Shown here piece by piece: positions 19,414 through 31,453 of a stretch of 64,000 nt of DNA. The position numbers were made by a program, and so were the translations under genes. The notes beneath the pieces were generated by a model. That model was not told the origin of the DNA. It did not search any database and worked only from the letters and a program-made list of their open reading frames with translations. How positions within the stretch are numbered: position 1 is the first letter of the stretch; every line of letters begins with the position of its first letter. Location of the stretch: positions 853,724 to 917,723 of the forward strand of contig CBFFSA010000006.1 in assembly GCA_965644495.1 (NCBI GenBank), given 5' to 3'. The DNA comes from Perkinsela sp. CCAP 1560/9 (Eukaryota; Protista; Euglenozoa: Kinetoplastea).

Positions 19414-22400
19414 ATGGCGACTGAAAGCAATCGAGAGCTTTTCTTATCACGCATTTCGAAATCTCGCCCTTTTTTGGGTCTTGATAGCGAAAGCCTTGAT
19501 GTTTGCATCTGCATTTGTGTTGGCGCTCTATCTTCGGACAGTCCCGAAAATCAGAAATCCGTTGCTTTAAATACGCATTTTCTAGGAAGCGCTGCGCAGC
19601 GAACACTAATTGTCCTTTCTTCAACAGAAATGTATCTTTTTTCCGAGTCTGAAACGGATACGATGGACCTTCACAAGGACTATTTTCTTATGGATGATGG
19701 CAACCCTACTCCGAATGTACATTGGCAACCTGTTTCGGATTCTGATGCTTCCCCTACGCTTGAAACTACATTGTCTAAATTTTCCAAAGTAGGATACATC
19801 AAAAAGGAGCTAACTTATCAAGAAGGATATCTTGCTCTTGCTTTTTCACAATTTGTGAACCATCATTTGAAAGCACAGGAAGTCCAGAATTCTGACGCTA
19901 TCGAAGTAACCGTAACAATCGAAGATGTAGCCGCCAAAGTAAGCGAAGTTCTTGTTCGAAAAGACACCAAAGCTGTGGATGCTATGAGAAAAGCAGGATC
20001 GTTTGCCTCTGTCATTACTAAATCCATGATTTTCCCCCGTTTAGATGAAATTTTGTCCAATGACGTTGAAATACCTATGAGTGAGTTCGCACTTCAGATT
20101 GAAGACTGTATTCGACATCCTAATAAAATTTCTGGTCTTGAAAGCTTAATGGCAAAAAACTATGGCATTGCCATTGAGCCTGCGGTTATTAAGGGAGGTG
20201 GCGGACCTCTAAAATTGATATACGATGATCCCATTTCAGACAAGCCCATAGCACCTGGTATTATTATTTCAGCGTACGGAGTTCGCTACATGGGTTACGT
20301 TGGTTACATAGCTCGTAGCTTTTTGTACAACACCACCAAGGCACAGCAGGATGCATATTCGAGTCTGCTGGCACTAATGGATTGGCTTACGAATGCGATG
20401 CGCGTCGGAGAGACGGTAAAAAACATTTACAGCAAAACCCGGACATGGTATGTAGATGCTTATCCTAATCTACATTCCTATTTAGGCCGGTCCTTCGGAT
20501 TTGGTATTGGCCTTGAAATTATGGCGTCAAGTATGGCACTGACCGAACGTAATTCTCGTATTTTAGAAAGCGGAATGACGTTCGCCATTCGGCTAGTACT
20601 TGAAGACGTTGTGAATGAAGGAAAGAAATTTTCTCTTCTACTAGCTGATATGGTACACGTTCGAGCGGAAGAGGATTCAGTGGAGGTCCTAACACAACGT
20701 GCACCATCGGATCTTCGTGATGTTGTGCGCCAAATTGGAGACGACAGTTCTTCCGAAAGTGAGGCTGGAGAGGAGCCAGCCCCAGAAGGAATTGCTCTAA
20801 GGCTTCGAAACTCCGGCCGCAATAGTGGTGCAGCATTGCAACAGGAAACCTTGCGGAAGGAACAGCAACGGAAGATAATGGAACAACGGCGCCGTGACGC
20901 GGAAGAACAACAGGGTCAACAAGTGAAAAAGGAAGAAAAGGATTTTACGGAGATTGCAAAATTGGCGAAGGGTGATTTGAAACCTCTTACCAATGCCAAT
21001 GAATCATATCTTTCTTCGTTCGCTTCTCGTTATGGTTGTGGAATTCATATTGATCAAAGTCGAGAACTGATTCTTTTGCCAGGTCTCATAAATCCGCATA
21101 CTTTGACTCCCATTCATTTATCAATGATACGAACAGTCGAGTCGAAAGCAGAAGGTTCAGATTTCACACTGCTTCGCCTGCAATTTCATGCCCTTCAAGA
21201 TACCAATGCCGCATATAGGTGCAATAAGAACTCTACTTTCTTGCGCGAAATTTCATACCGAATTAAAAAAGGAGTTGAAGCTGGCAACATTGCACGAGAA
21301 ATTAAGACTATTCAAACGTTAATTAAGCAACGTGAGACGGCCCGTAAAGCTCAAGGCGACGTTATTGATCAGCAGGGTCTAGTAATGTCTCGCACACTTG
21401 ACAAAATTCTCAAAGATGTGAAATGCTACCCGAATCCTCGTGTTTCATCTACCGGACGGAGCACTGGGGTTCCCATAGCTGGCCACTTGGAGGTACATGT
21501 AAACGGTACTCGCTATGTTCAACGTGACTCGAACCCTCTTATTATTTTGTTTAACAATGTAAAAACATGCATTTTCCAGCCCTCTGAAAATGATCCCAAA
21601 GTTCTTCTTCATTTTCACTTGAAGCAGCCAATACAAGTCGGAAAACGCAAGACGGTGGACGTCCAGTTTTATTTGGATGTCTCGGATGAAAGTGATGTCG
21701 CACATTATGGACACACTCGATGGGAAGATGAAGTTGAACAGGAAGAGCACGAACGACAGCGCATATCTCGTCTAAATTCTGAGTTTCTTCATTTTTCAAA
21801 AAAGCTAGAAACTGCACTGCAACGGCGCGTCGAGACACCTTTACGTAAATTTCACTTCTTTGGCACGCATGACAAGGCTATGGTAAAATTCAAAGGCTCG
21901 GAACGCACCCTATTTAGCCTTTGTGAAGCCCCCGTTTTTGTACAAGTCATGCAGGACGTTCAAATTGCCGTATTCGAACGCGTTACAGATATGAAGCGAA
22001 GTTTTGACGTGACTTTTATTCGCAACAATTACACTACTGTGACGATTAATAACATTGAATTCAAACTCCTTGACAAAGTAAAAGATTGGTTAAACGAGGC
22101 AAAAGTGAAGTACTACGAGATGGGAGTCAATCTTATGTGGAAATCAATTCTGGGTGATATTAAGGACGATCCAGAATGGGATCCTTGGGGCCATGAAGGA
22201 TGGGATTACATTTTAAATGATGATGGGGACGGAAGTGACGACGATAGCGACGAGGGTATGGACAGCGACTCCGAGTACGTTTACAGCGAAGATGACAGCG
22301 ATACCTCAGACGACAGCATTGATTCCAAATTAGTGAGTGAGGAAAGTTCGGAATATGAGCCTTCCTCTGAGGCTACGGAAGACAGTGAGGAGGGGATGGA

Positions 22401-22542
22401 TTGGGACGACTTGGAGCGCAGAGCAGCTTCGGAGGATAGACAACGTGGGAATGAGTCAGATGACTCCCGGCGAGCGAAAAAACGGTCTCGGGAGAAGGAT
22501 CGGAGTGTTAGATCAGGTAAGAATAAAGGTCCGAGTCGGTGA
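19414..22542 (+). CDS. SPT16: FACT complex subunit Spt16
   Basis: M24-like N-domain (GFGIGLE), GHLEVHVNG, LLHFHLKQPIQVGKRKTVDVQFY, acidic tail with GMDWDDLERRA. Confidence 0.96.
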   Translation: MATESNRELFLSRISKSRPFLGLDSESLDVCICICVGALSSDSPENQKSVALNTHFLGSAAQRTLIVLSSTEMYLFSESETDTMDLHKDYFLMDDGNPTPNVHWQPVSDSDASPTLETTLSKFSKVGYIKKELTYQEGYLALAFSQFVNHHLKAQEVQNSDAIEVTVTIEDVAAKVSEVLVRKDTKAVDAMRKAGSFASVITKSMIFPRLDEILSNDVEIPMSEFALQIEDCIRHPNKISGLESLMAKNYGIAIEPAVIKGGGGPLKLIYDDPISDKPIAPGIIISAYGVRYMGYVGYIARSFLYNTTKAQQDAYSSLLALMDWLTNAMRVGETVKNIYSKTRTWYVDAYPNLHSYLGRSFGFGIGLEIMASSMALTERNSRILESGMTFAIRLVLEDVVNEGKKFSLLLADMVHVRAEEDSVEVLTQRAPSDLRDVVRQIGDDSSSESEAGEEPAPEGIALRLRNSGRNSGAALQQETLRKEQQRKIMEQRRRDAEEQQGQQVKKEEKDFTEIAKLAKGDLKPLTNANESYLSSFASRYGCGIHIDQSRELILLPGLINPHTLTPIHLSMIRTVESKAEGSDFTLLRLQFHALQDTNAAYRCNKNSTFLREISYRIKKGVEAGNIAREIKTIQTLIKQRETARKAQGDVIDQQGLVMSRTLDKILKDVKCYPNPRVSSTGRSTGVPIAGHLEVHVNGTRYVQRDSNPLIILFNNVKTCIFQPSENDPKVLLHFHLKQPIQVGKRKTVDVQFYLDVSDESDVAHYGHTRWEDEVEQEEHERQRISRLNSEFLHFSKKLETALQRRVETPLRKFHFFGTHDKAMVKFKGSERTLFSLCEAPVFVQVMQDVQIAVFERVTDMKRSFDVTFIRNNYTTVTINNIEFKLLDKVKDWLNEAKVKYYEMGVNLMWKSILGDIKDDPEWDPWGHEGWDYILNDDGDGSDDDSDEGMDSDSEYVYSEDDSDTSDDSIDSKLVSEESSEYEPSSEATEDSEEGMDWDDLERRAASEDRQRGNESDDSRRAKKRSREKDRSVRSGKNKGPSR

Positions 22543-23000
22543 TGATGATCTCTAGACCACATCTCTGTTCAAACGATATTGTAGTGTTGTTTTTTATTAT
22601 CCACACATCTTTGTTGCATTTTACATCTTTTGTAGGATTTCAATGTTTCGTACCTTTGAAAATACTTTTCGTATTTCTCATATGACTTTAAACAATATTG
22701 CGGATTACAAATATTTTGGGATATCACAACAGAGCAAGTCTGTTTTTTTATTCGGAACTAATTTTTACGTTGCACTTCGTACCTGTAGTCTTTAAAAGTT
22801 ATTACTATGAATAAAGTTCGTTTTCTTCTACACTCCTTTAGTTGATTATACATTGTAGATTTCACAATATCAAACTTCGTATGAAGTTTATTCAAGAACG
22901 TCGCTCGAAAAGTTTTTTACGGTTCTGTACCTCTACTTATAGATATGTACAATTCTTGCTTCTAGCATTTTCTACTTTGCCATTCATATTTCTTTAGTTA

Positions 23001-23363
23001 ATGCTTCGTCGAACGTTTCTTGGCCGTTTTCAGATGAATAAAGGTCCTCAGTACCCAGGACCTACTCTTGCGGGCTGGGGAAGAACTACTCAAAAACGTC
23101 GACTTGAATATGAAACCACAGAGAGCCGAGTTCACAAGCGAATGTGCGCCCCAGGAACGGAACTTGCAGGTTATGAAAGTCGAACCACAGATTATATGGA
23201 AATGCGTGTTTGGTCAGGATGGCCTGGTCGTATCGGACTTTGGCTTACAAATTTTTCAAAACACTATGCATTAATGTTTCTTCCTGGATGTGGTCCTCTT
23301 TTTTTGGTATACTATGGTGCGTATAAATATGACCAAGCTATGCAACGCTGGGCATGGTGGTGA
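23001..23363 (+). CDS. Small mitochondrial single-TM protein (possibly QCR8-like)
   Basis: MLRR-type presequence typical of kinetoplastid mitochondrial proteins, GWG..Q..Y pattern, C-terminal TM helix; family call tentative. Confidence 0.6.
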   Translation: MLRRTFLGRFQMNKGPQYPGPTLAGWGRTTQKRRLEYETTESRVHKRMCAPGTELAGYESRTTDYMEMRVWSGWPGRIGLWLTNFSKHYALMFLPGCGPLFLVYYGAYKYDQAMQRWAWW

Positions 23364-23806
23364 GCGATTTGAAACTGTGGCCATGTTTTTAAGGTTTTAT
23401 GTGAACGTAATCTTATATACTATCTGTCCACATTCATTATTTATTTGTTTCACTCACGCACAGCATTTTTTATACACTATGTATAAACAGGTAAATGCAT
23501 GAACCACATATTTTAAGTTTTCCTTGGATTTTTTTGTGAAGTCACCTAGTACTGATTTTGCATATTTTTTCAACTGAAATTTCTGAATATTACCTTCCTT
23601 TCGTGTTGCGTACTCATTTATATTTATGTACGCATTCGTGTATACATAACTAGATTGTGTAGCGCATTTCATATAAACAGAAATATACGTTACATACGAT
23701 ATAAACAAAACATATTCTTACGTTTTTATCCATAATTACATCTTATAAACTTTTATAAACACACAAACTCTTTTTTTAGAAGCTTAGTTTTCTGCACTGT
23801 GTTTAA

Positions 23807-24166
23807 ATGACTGATCCATATACTAGAGAGGATGACTTACGTTATCAGCGCTTTTGTTCTATCCCAACTCAGGAACTTACAAGAGAGCAAAGGAATGAAT
23901 TCGCGCACCTGAAAAATAAGCATGAGCGCTTCGTGAAACGAGGTCTCCGCATTTTGAGAACTCGTACAAGGAAACACAGTTCTCATTATCCGCTTGAAGA
24001 ATCACTTTCGGCGGGTCATATTCATTCACAAAAGCCTGTGCGGTCTGATAGAGGGTCACATTTGGGGTCTCCTTTGGGTATCTTTACAGCACTCTGGAAG
24101 TCTTTTCGTCATTTTTGCGAACAGCAAAAATCCTCTAAAGTCACTTCTGATCGTAAAAATAGATGA
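23807..24166 (+). CDS. Hypothetical basic protein
   Basis: ATG-started ORF on the cluster strand between two genes; no recognisable motif. Confidence 0.5.
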   Translation: MTDPYTREDDLRYQRFCSIPTQELTREQRNEFAHLKNKHERFVKRGLRILRTRTRKHSSHYPLEESLSAGHIHSQKPVRSDRGSHLGSPLGIFTALWKSFRHFCEQQKSSKVTSDRKNR

Positions 24167-24504
24167 GCTTTCGTTTGTGTTTGAAGTTACGCCTCAGTCG
24201 TGTGTATTTCCAGTGTTCTTGTTATTTCGTATATTAAATCTTTTTGTTCTTGTGCATACGTAGAAATAGAATCTGATCCACTGGAAATCATGGAATTTGA
24301 AACACACATTTTATAGCATAGAAAAATGAAGGAAACGCTAACGAAATGCTTATACGCTTTTTTTTATTGGTTGATGGAAAACTTGCTCAATTTTAGTTCA
24401 TGATTAATCCGTGTAAACATTTATGTGTGCTTATACGTGTATGAGCATGTATCTAGGTTTTTTTGCCTATTAAACCGTACTCTTGGTATAATTTATCTCA
24501 CTTT

Positions 24505-24813
24505 ATGTTGCGTTCTCGTGTTCTTCAGGTTGGGGTGGAAGGTGGCGTTCCTTTGAGCGTTATTCACGACTCAAAATACTTAGCGCACCGCCTCAGGACC
24601 TTAGGACAAAGCGAAAAAACTTGGAAACCATCTTTACTAACAGACGAAGAAGTGCAACGGTTGGCAATCTCAACACATTCTCCAGAGAGCTACTTTAACA
24701 AAAAGCGCGGAGTAACCGACCCAGAGTGGGTTGTACGAGAAGATATCGAGGCTAAACATAGTCCCACACGCTACGGAGATTGGGAGAAGAATGGAAGATG
24801 TATCGATTTTTAA
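24505..24813 (+). CDS. SDHAF4: Succinate dehydrogenase assembly factor 4 (Sdh8/DUF1674)
   Basis: C-terminal PTRYGDWEKNGRCIDF signature; first ATG at 24505 gives an MLRSR presequence. Confidence 0.9.
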   Translation: MLRSRVLQVGVEGGVPLSVIHDSKYLAHRLRTLGQSEKTWKPSLLTDEEVQRLAISTHSPESYFNKKRGVTDPEWVVREDIEAKHSPTRYGDWEKNGRCIDF

Positions 24814-25785
24814 TCATCTCTATTTGTGATAGAGACGATAGCACCTCGATTGCCTCAACCGACACGTAGAGTATACCAACGCAAATTAATGCAATAATTA
24901 GTTTTTCAATATATTCCGCACTAAGTAACGTTATTTCCTAATTGTTGCGTGGACGATAGTCACTGAAAGGATATACAGTATGCAAAAAAACTGTTCACAT
25001 GTTTGACACTTTTTTGTTGTTGGTATTTCCCTGTGGCCAGGTGTCGTGTGCATTGAAGTAGTATAACAGAGTAGTGTACGCGTGGGTACTAGGTATATGT
25101 TGCCATAGAGCTTCCGACTCAATCGGCTTTGTAACAAAAGTGTGATCATATGCAAGTAAAGAAAAACATGTGAACAGTTTTTTGCAATTTCGAGGTAAGA
25201 TTTTTTAGGCGAAAAACACAATTTACTGATGCATAAAAACGAAGTATGTACCTTCAAATGAATACTAGCGTAACTCTTTCTTGTGTCTTGATTGATGTCT
25301 ATATGCGCCTACGCATGCTGTCGACCAAGGAATGGCTTAACCTTGTGGTATGCTTGCTCATTCCTATTTGACCTGACTTTAGAGCTCCAGAACACCTGTG
25401 AATCGAGTTGCGCGACTCGCAATTGTTCTTTTTGAATGTTCTCTGCATGTGTTCTGGGGCTCCGAGGTGCGCCTAATGGGCTGTACATTCAAAAATCTTG
25501 TAAATCTCATTAACAGAGAAGATCTTCGTCAACTTGCGACGCGAGCTCTCCTCCCCCGTTCATCTCTGGCAAATTCAGACCCCCATGTAATCCACTCATT
25601 TTGAGCGGCTAATGGCATAGTGTGGCATTATTCTTCATTATTATCGTATGAAAAATCAACGAACAGTTCAGTATTCGTGTACGTACATACATGTACATAG
25701 AATCTTACATACCATGGCATCTTTTCACTGTAACGCAAAAATGACCTTCAAATATAGTTTTTTTGTGCTTGTCCTTACTTCACCA

Positions 25786-26994
25786 ATGTCAACCGACGCT
25801 TCGAGCGCTCCAGCTACCCAAAGCGACGACTTTCTAATTACCACCACCGGTGGCTCCATGGTCTCCAGCCTTTGCTTCGCGGAACCACCCGGGATGCCCT
25901 CCGTCATGGCCTACACCACCTGGGACGGTTCCGTCTCCGTATGGAGTCTCTCCACCACAACCAACTCCCTCGGTGTCGTCACCTCCCTTACCCCCTCCCC
26001 ACTATGGGAACTTCCCACCCCCACAGGCTCCTCCCCCAGCAACACTGAACTCCTCTCCACGCCGCTCTCCTCCTCCCCCTCCGTCCCCTCCTCTCTCCCC
26101 TCCACCGTCACATCCACACTCGGCGCTACCACGCCCCCACCCACACCCTCCCCCTCCCCCTCCCCCTCCCCTCTGCTGTGCTCCACCCTCACCCCCGCGG
26201 GCCATCTCTACCTCGGCGGCTGCAGTCACTACGTCCACCAGTACAACCTGGCGGCCCCTGACTGTACCCCTACGGTGGTGGCCCAGCACGACGCCCCGGT
26301 CCGCAGCCTGGCCTGGATCCCCCAGGTCGGGCTTCTCGTCACCGCGGGGTGGGACGCCCTTGTGCGGTTCTGGGACACCCGGCAGTCGCGTCCCACCGCG
26401 GAGGTGCGCTGCCCGGGTCCCATCCACGGGATGGACTTCTCGTTGGCCCCGAAAGCGGCGATTCTGTGTGCGCGCCGGGTGTTGCTGTATAACATGGTGT
26501 CGATGGGGATTGCGGCGGAGCTGGAACCGTACACGGCGGTGCGTCACCAGATGCGGTGTGTGGCGTTGTCTCGGGATGGGGAGGCGGTTGCGGCGGGGAG
26601 TGTGGATGGGAGGGTTATGGTGAAGTTTATCGACCCCTCCCAGGAGAAGAAAACGTTTAGTTTTAGAGCCCACGCGGATCCGGGTCGTGGGGAGGGGGTT
26701 TATCCGGTGAATAGTGTACAGTACCACCCACTGGGTACGCTGCTCACCGCAGGGTCGGACGGGGTTGTGAAATGTTGGGATGTGGAAGAGCGCAAAGAGT
26801 GCTCCTGCTTCCGTCTCGGGTACCTACCTATCTCTTGCGCGCAACTGAACACAAGTGGGACGCTTCTTGGGTTTGCGCTCAGTTATGACTGGACCCGAGG
26901 GGCTCAGCACTATTCCCCGTCCCGTGTGGGAGGGGTGGTGGTCAAGGCCCTCTCTCCCAAGTACGTGAATAAGTATAACGCGGCGAAAAGATAG
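25786..26994 (+). CDS. RAE1: WD40 mRNA export factor Rae1/Gle2
   Basis: HDAPVR, GWD..VRFWDTR, HQMRCVA, GSVDGRV, FSFRAH, YPVN, SYDWTRG (Rae1-type rather than Bub3). Confidence 0.85.
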   Translation: MSTDASSAPATQSDDFLITTTGGSMVSSLCFAEPPGMPSVMAYTTWDGSVSVWSLSTTTNSLGVVTSLTPSPLWELPTPTGSSPSNTELLSTPLSSSPSVPSSLPSTVTSTLGATTPPPTPSPSPSPSPLLCSTLTPAGHLYLGGCSHYVHQYNLAAPDCTPTVVAQHDAPVRSLAWIPQVGLLVTAGWDALVRFWDTRQSRPTAEVRCPGPIHGMDFSLAPKAAILCARRVLLYNMVSMGIAAELEPYTAVRHQMRCVALSRDGEAVAAGSVDGRVMVKFIDPSQEKKTFSFRAHADPGRGEGVYPVNSVQYHPLGTLLTAGSDGVVKCWDVEERKECSCFRLGYLPISCAQLNTSGTLLGFALSYDWTRGAQHYSPSRVGGVVVKALSPKYVNKYNAAKR

Positions 26995-27248
26995 TGAATT
27001 CGAGCTTACTTTTGGGACGATGACAAGGTGGATGGGAGATTTTCGGGTTTCTGTTGACCTTGATTACAGTTAACGTAGATGGTGTTTTATAACGAATTTA
27101 CATGAATGCCTCAATCTTTTTTCGTTGGTTGTGTTTTCGAAAATGTTACTTAAGTATTTAAAGATTTATTATCACCTAAGAACCTTCATATTAGAGTAAC
27201 TTTTTTTTCTGGATCTTATTCGTTCTTTGGTCTTTTTTTCTTTTACGT

Positions 27249-29252
27249 ATGCGCCGAGCAATCATTTTTGGTGTGCGCCCAAGCGCTCAAGAGATTTCCT
27301 CTCTCCCCTTTCGAATGGAATTTTCAGATCAAAGCAATTCTTTTTTTGAATTCACAGTTGACGCTTCCTCTTGCTATCAAGTACCACGGGAACTCTGGGG
27401 CAAGCGATTGCACTGGGCTATGCCTAGCTCATCCAAGATTGAGCATTCCGAAAATGAAAATGACGAATTACATTCGGAGGGTAGTACCAAGCGTGTTCCT
27501 CGAGTTCTCGTAGTTGGTGCTGGAGGCATTGGGTGTGAGCTACTTAAGACGCTTCTTCTTTGTGGCATCCGTAACATCGAGGTGGTTGACATGGACACAA
27601 TTGATGGGTCCAATCTTAACCGTCAGTTTTTATTTACTTTGGACGATGTCGGCAAATCCAAGAGTGAGGTTGCATCCCAAGTACTTTCCGATGGATACAA
27701 TGCGTTCCAATATACACAATCAAAAGAATCATTTCCTTCCGTATCTATTATCGCCCATGTTGGTAATATTACCGACACTAGTAAGTTTTCAAAATCTTTT
27801 TTTGAAGCTTTCGACGTCGTTTGTTGTGGTCTTGATAATGTCGCTGCTCGCAAGCATGTCAACCGTATGTGTTTTCGTTCGGGTGTTCCTCTCGTAGAGA
27901 GCGGCACCATGGGTTTCAACGGGCAAGTACAGCCCATACAATTTAGGCACACAGAGTGCTATGATTGTCATCCCAAGCCTTCAGGTATTCCCTCTTTCGC
28001 TGTTTGCACCATACACGCACGTCCCACTACCATGATACATTGTGTACATTACGCTAAGGAGCTTTTTGCACGGTTGTTTGGAGCATCAGGTTTTGGAGAA
28101 AGCGACTTGGAGATTGATTCAAATACTCGAGCGGACGCAGATTTACTTTTTGGTTTTATTCATAATAAAAAGATTCGCGAATTGGCTACAAAATCTTCTT
28201 CGTTTCCAAGAGGTGTTCCTCGTCCAGTGGATCTGAAAGAGAACACTGAATCTGTCGTTCATACATTAGGATCTCAATTCCTAAGTGCCTTTCGCAACCT
28301 CCAGAAACGGGATGGTCCTTTCGCATTTGATAAAGACGATCCCGTAGCTTTAGACTTTGTTTACTCCGTATCTAACCTTCGAGCTTATATCTTTCGTATT
28401 GAGCTCGAAAGTATTTCTCGCATTCAGGCTATAGCAGGTAATATTGTTCCTGCAGTAGCAACATCTAACGCAATTGTCGGAGCTATGGTTGTCACACAAG
28501 CGCTTCGATATTTAAATATGACTTTGGCACAAGATCCCTGTTTTGTTCACCTTCGTCAATTTCCTTTGATTCGCCGAAGAAAATTCTCTTGGATTCCTAA
28601 TCTTCATTTGGAACCGGGTCGGAAAAATCGCTGTTGTCACGAATCGTATCTAATGCATAGCCACCCTACTGGTCTTCCCGTACCCCACTGCCTCACTTGC
28701 TCTTCTCATCGAGGATACGCATCTCTTTATATTAACACGTGTGAGACGACGCTAGGTAGCGTAGTACGTAACGTTCTCCAAGGTGAGATGGGCCTCTCAG
28801 ACATCTGCATCGATTTAGGTTCTTCTACATTATATGAATCGGGCGAGTTCGAATCTCTTGTCAATGTTCACTGGAGTCATTGGACATTTCCAAAGTCTTC
28901 TCAGCCAAGTAGATTGCCCAATGATGGTAATTCAAACATTGTTGGAGATCAGATTGTTCCCAAGAACTTAGAGCTTACTATCACGGATACAAATCAAGAT
29001 TTGCAGTGGAAACTTGCTTTATTTCACGCCGATCGTCTTGAGAACGATCGTATGTTTGACTTACTTGTACACAATGATGCTCAAGCGAATGCATCGCGTG
29101 TACCGAATTCTAACTTTCATTCTCATAACTCTACGCTTGTAGAACAAAGCAAAAACAGTGATGATGTTACATCTTACCACCCCAAGCATGCTGCAAAACG
29201 ATCTAGGGAAAATTCACATTCTGATGAACCTTCACCTCTAACTTTGGAGTAA
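27249..29252 (+). CDS. UBA2: SUMO-activating enzyme subunit 2
   Basis: VLVVGAGGIGCELLK, SNLNRQFLF, LDNVAARKHVNR, TECYDC, CTIHARP (catalytic Cys), IHCVHYAK, FDKDD, AGNIVPAVATSNA; start uncertain. Confidence 0.92.
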   Translation: MRRAIIFGVRPSAQEISSLPFRMEFSDQSNSFFEFTVDASSCYQVPRELWGKRLHWAMPSSSKIEHSENENDELHSEGSTKRVPRVLVVGAGGIGCELLKTLLLCGIRNIEVVDMDTIDGSNLNRQFLFTLDDVGKSKSEVASQVLSDGYNAFQYTQSKESFPSVSIIAHVGNITDTSKFSKSFFEAFDVVCCGLDNVAARKHVNRMCFRSGVPLVESGTMGFNGQVQPIQFRHTECYDCHPKPSGIPSFAVCTIHARPTTMIHCVHYAKELFARLFGASGFGESDLEIDSNTRADADLLFGFIHNKKIRELATKSSSFPRGVPRPVDLKENTESVVHTLGSQFLSAFRNLQKRDGPFAFDKDDPVALDFVYSVSNLRAYIFRIELESISRIQAIAGNIVPAVATSNAIVGAMVVTQALRYLNMTLAQDPCFVHLRQFPLIRRRKFSWIPNLHLEPGRKNRCCHESYLMHSHPTGLPVPHCLTCSSHRGYASLYINTCETTLGSVVRNVLQGEMGLSDICIDLGSSTLYESGEFESLVNVHWSHWTFPKSSQPSRLPNDGNSNIVGDQIVPKNLELTITDTNQDLQWKLALFHADRLENDRMFDLLVHNDAQANASRVPNSNFHSHNSTLVEQSKNSDDVTSYHPKHAAKRSRENSHSDEPSPLTLE

Positions 29253-30430
29253 TTGCAATGCGATGAGTTATAAAAATGAATATTTTTGAGTTTTACGCCT
29301 ATTCTTTCGTATTATTTTATAAACCCCCCCGACGGTTATTGTTCACATTTTTTATTGTTCACAATTTTTTGAAATGACCTTGGTGGATCACCGTCTTGAT
29401 TTGCAAAATCTTTTTGAATTGCAGAAGGAATTTCGGTCAAAGGGAACCGGTTTTGCGCCAAAAAAAAATATCTAAAAAATTGCCAAGAAGTTTTACTTTT
29501 TTTTCTTCTTTTCTCATCACTAATTGAATTTTCTACTTTACTCAGGGCTCAAGGCTTTTAGCACACTCTACACGTTGGTATACAAACTTGTGGTCCAATA
29601 GTCATTGTATAATGTCCCTTTCGCTTATCGCCGCCGAAACTGTGTATGACCAGTTGTCGGTACAAGAAAAATCAGTACAATGCCGACAATTTATGTCCAA
29701 AGTAGCCAAAAAGATGGAAAAGTATTAGATAAACTGAAGTATTTGCTTCAAAATGACTCTTTAGAATAATTATGACTCTTTTTCCAAACAAATTATCTTT
29801 TGGCACAAAACAGGTTCCCTTTCACCGGAATTTCATCGAGAAACTTCAAGGGAAATAACATATTGTGTTGTTCCGAGCGACGGTGAAGCAAGCTCTGTTT
29901 CAGCGGACGCGTTGTCAGATGATGATTCTTCCAATATTAGCACAAGTGATGCTACACTCAACGAAGCAAGATCTGAGGAAAATTCTTCTTCAGAAGCTGC
30001 CCTTAATATGTCCCCCATTCCAACTCCTGTACAAAAGCAAGTTCGGGGAAGTCGAAAATTGTTAAGAGGCACCGATACACGAAGCTTTGTTAGACGGGAC
30101 ATTCCAAACAAGGTCAAAGATAAAATCTTACGAAAGTGAAACGACCTGGATCAGGAGGACAGAAAATCCATAGCCAGGCTACAAGCATGGGTTCGAAATA
30201 AGTGGAAAGGTCTGTATTCTGTTCATCGAAAGGAGCCAATTGCGCGTTGGGAAAGTTCTCTGTCAGAAGTGCGCACTCAGAAGGGCTTGCGAAAATGACC
30301 TCCTCTAGAAAACTGTCGCCTTTGAAAATTCATTGAAAGTCCTTTGTAGAGGCGAAGCGCGCTTCTGGAGAGTTTGTAAGCCCCGCTATAGTTCATGAGG
30401 AAGCAATAAGAGCCCTGTTAGACCCTGATA

Positions 30431-31453
30431 CCGTTACCCCCCCCCTTGCTTAGCCCCCACTTTTTGGTCCAATACCCGTACTTTGTGGTGAAGTAAGGGG
30501 GGTGGTGAAGTAAGAGGGGTGAATCAGTGATTCAAAGTTCGGTCAATTTATAGTTCTCTCGAAAAACCTCAAATTATTGAAGTATACTATGCTATCGACA
30601 TTGAGCACAATTTCCTTTTCTTGAGTGTTGTAATACCTCGTGTTGCACATTCTATATTTTATGCTTCTTTTAGTTTGTCTACGATGTCCCATGCGTTTTT
30701 AACTTTCCCCCCATGAAAATTTCTTGCAAAATTTAAGTGATGTCGCAGAACATAACTTATTGAACACCAAATTAAATTTTAGAATTACAAGACGCTGTAG
30801 AGCAACTTTATGATCAAAGCGATGATGAAACTGATATGGAAGAAAACCGTTTTGAATTAGAAATGGTACAACAAATCTAAGTCATTACGGATTGCTCCGA
30901 TTGGTCACTGGCAGGCCAGACCCTTCACATATACATGTAGATTTGAAACTTTCGTGGCCGAAGTCCTCTACCTGTTTTCGTTAGTACAAGGCGGGAACAA
31001 CGTGCTGCTACCAACCCGTTGCGTCGATGAACCCAAGATAATCTTCAAAAGTTACCTTTACTGCAGGTACGTAGCATTCCTGTAACCGTTATCATTTCCC
31101 CCCGGAACGTTAAACCGGACTGTGGTTTAAAATCCCGGTATGACGGCGTCGTCTTCACCAAGAAAGTTACACCAAGAAACTTATTTATTCTTTTTTACAC
31201 CAAGAACCTTTGTGCATCGATCTTTGTGCGCCATCTGTTTCCCCCCCTTTGAAGACCACTGGGCGTGGCCCTGCCTCGCCTTACCCCGATGCAACCCCGA
31301 TGCATGTAACCCCGATGCAACCCCGATGCATGTAAAGAGGTGGTAAGTTGTCTGGAGAAAAATCTGAAACCCCCCTTACTTCACCACACGTCCAGTGACT
31401 AAATGTGGTGAAGTAAGGGGGGAGGCGAAGTAAGGGGGGGGGGGGGGTAACGG
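30431..31453. mobile_element. Non-autonomous element TA-CCGTTACCCC...GGGGTAACGG-TA
   Basis: Perfect TA TSD; removal restores the reading D-P-D-M-R-F-L; subterminal cttacttcaccac inverted motifs. Confidence 0.9.

Noticed and set aside
24931-25604. Short ORFs between SDHAF4 and RAE1
   Set aside because: Non-ATG starts and no recognisable motifs
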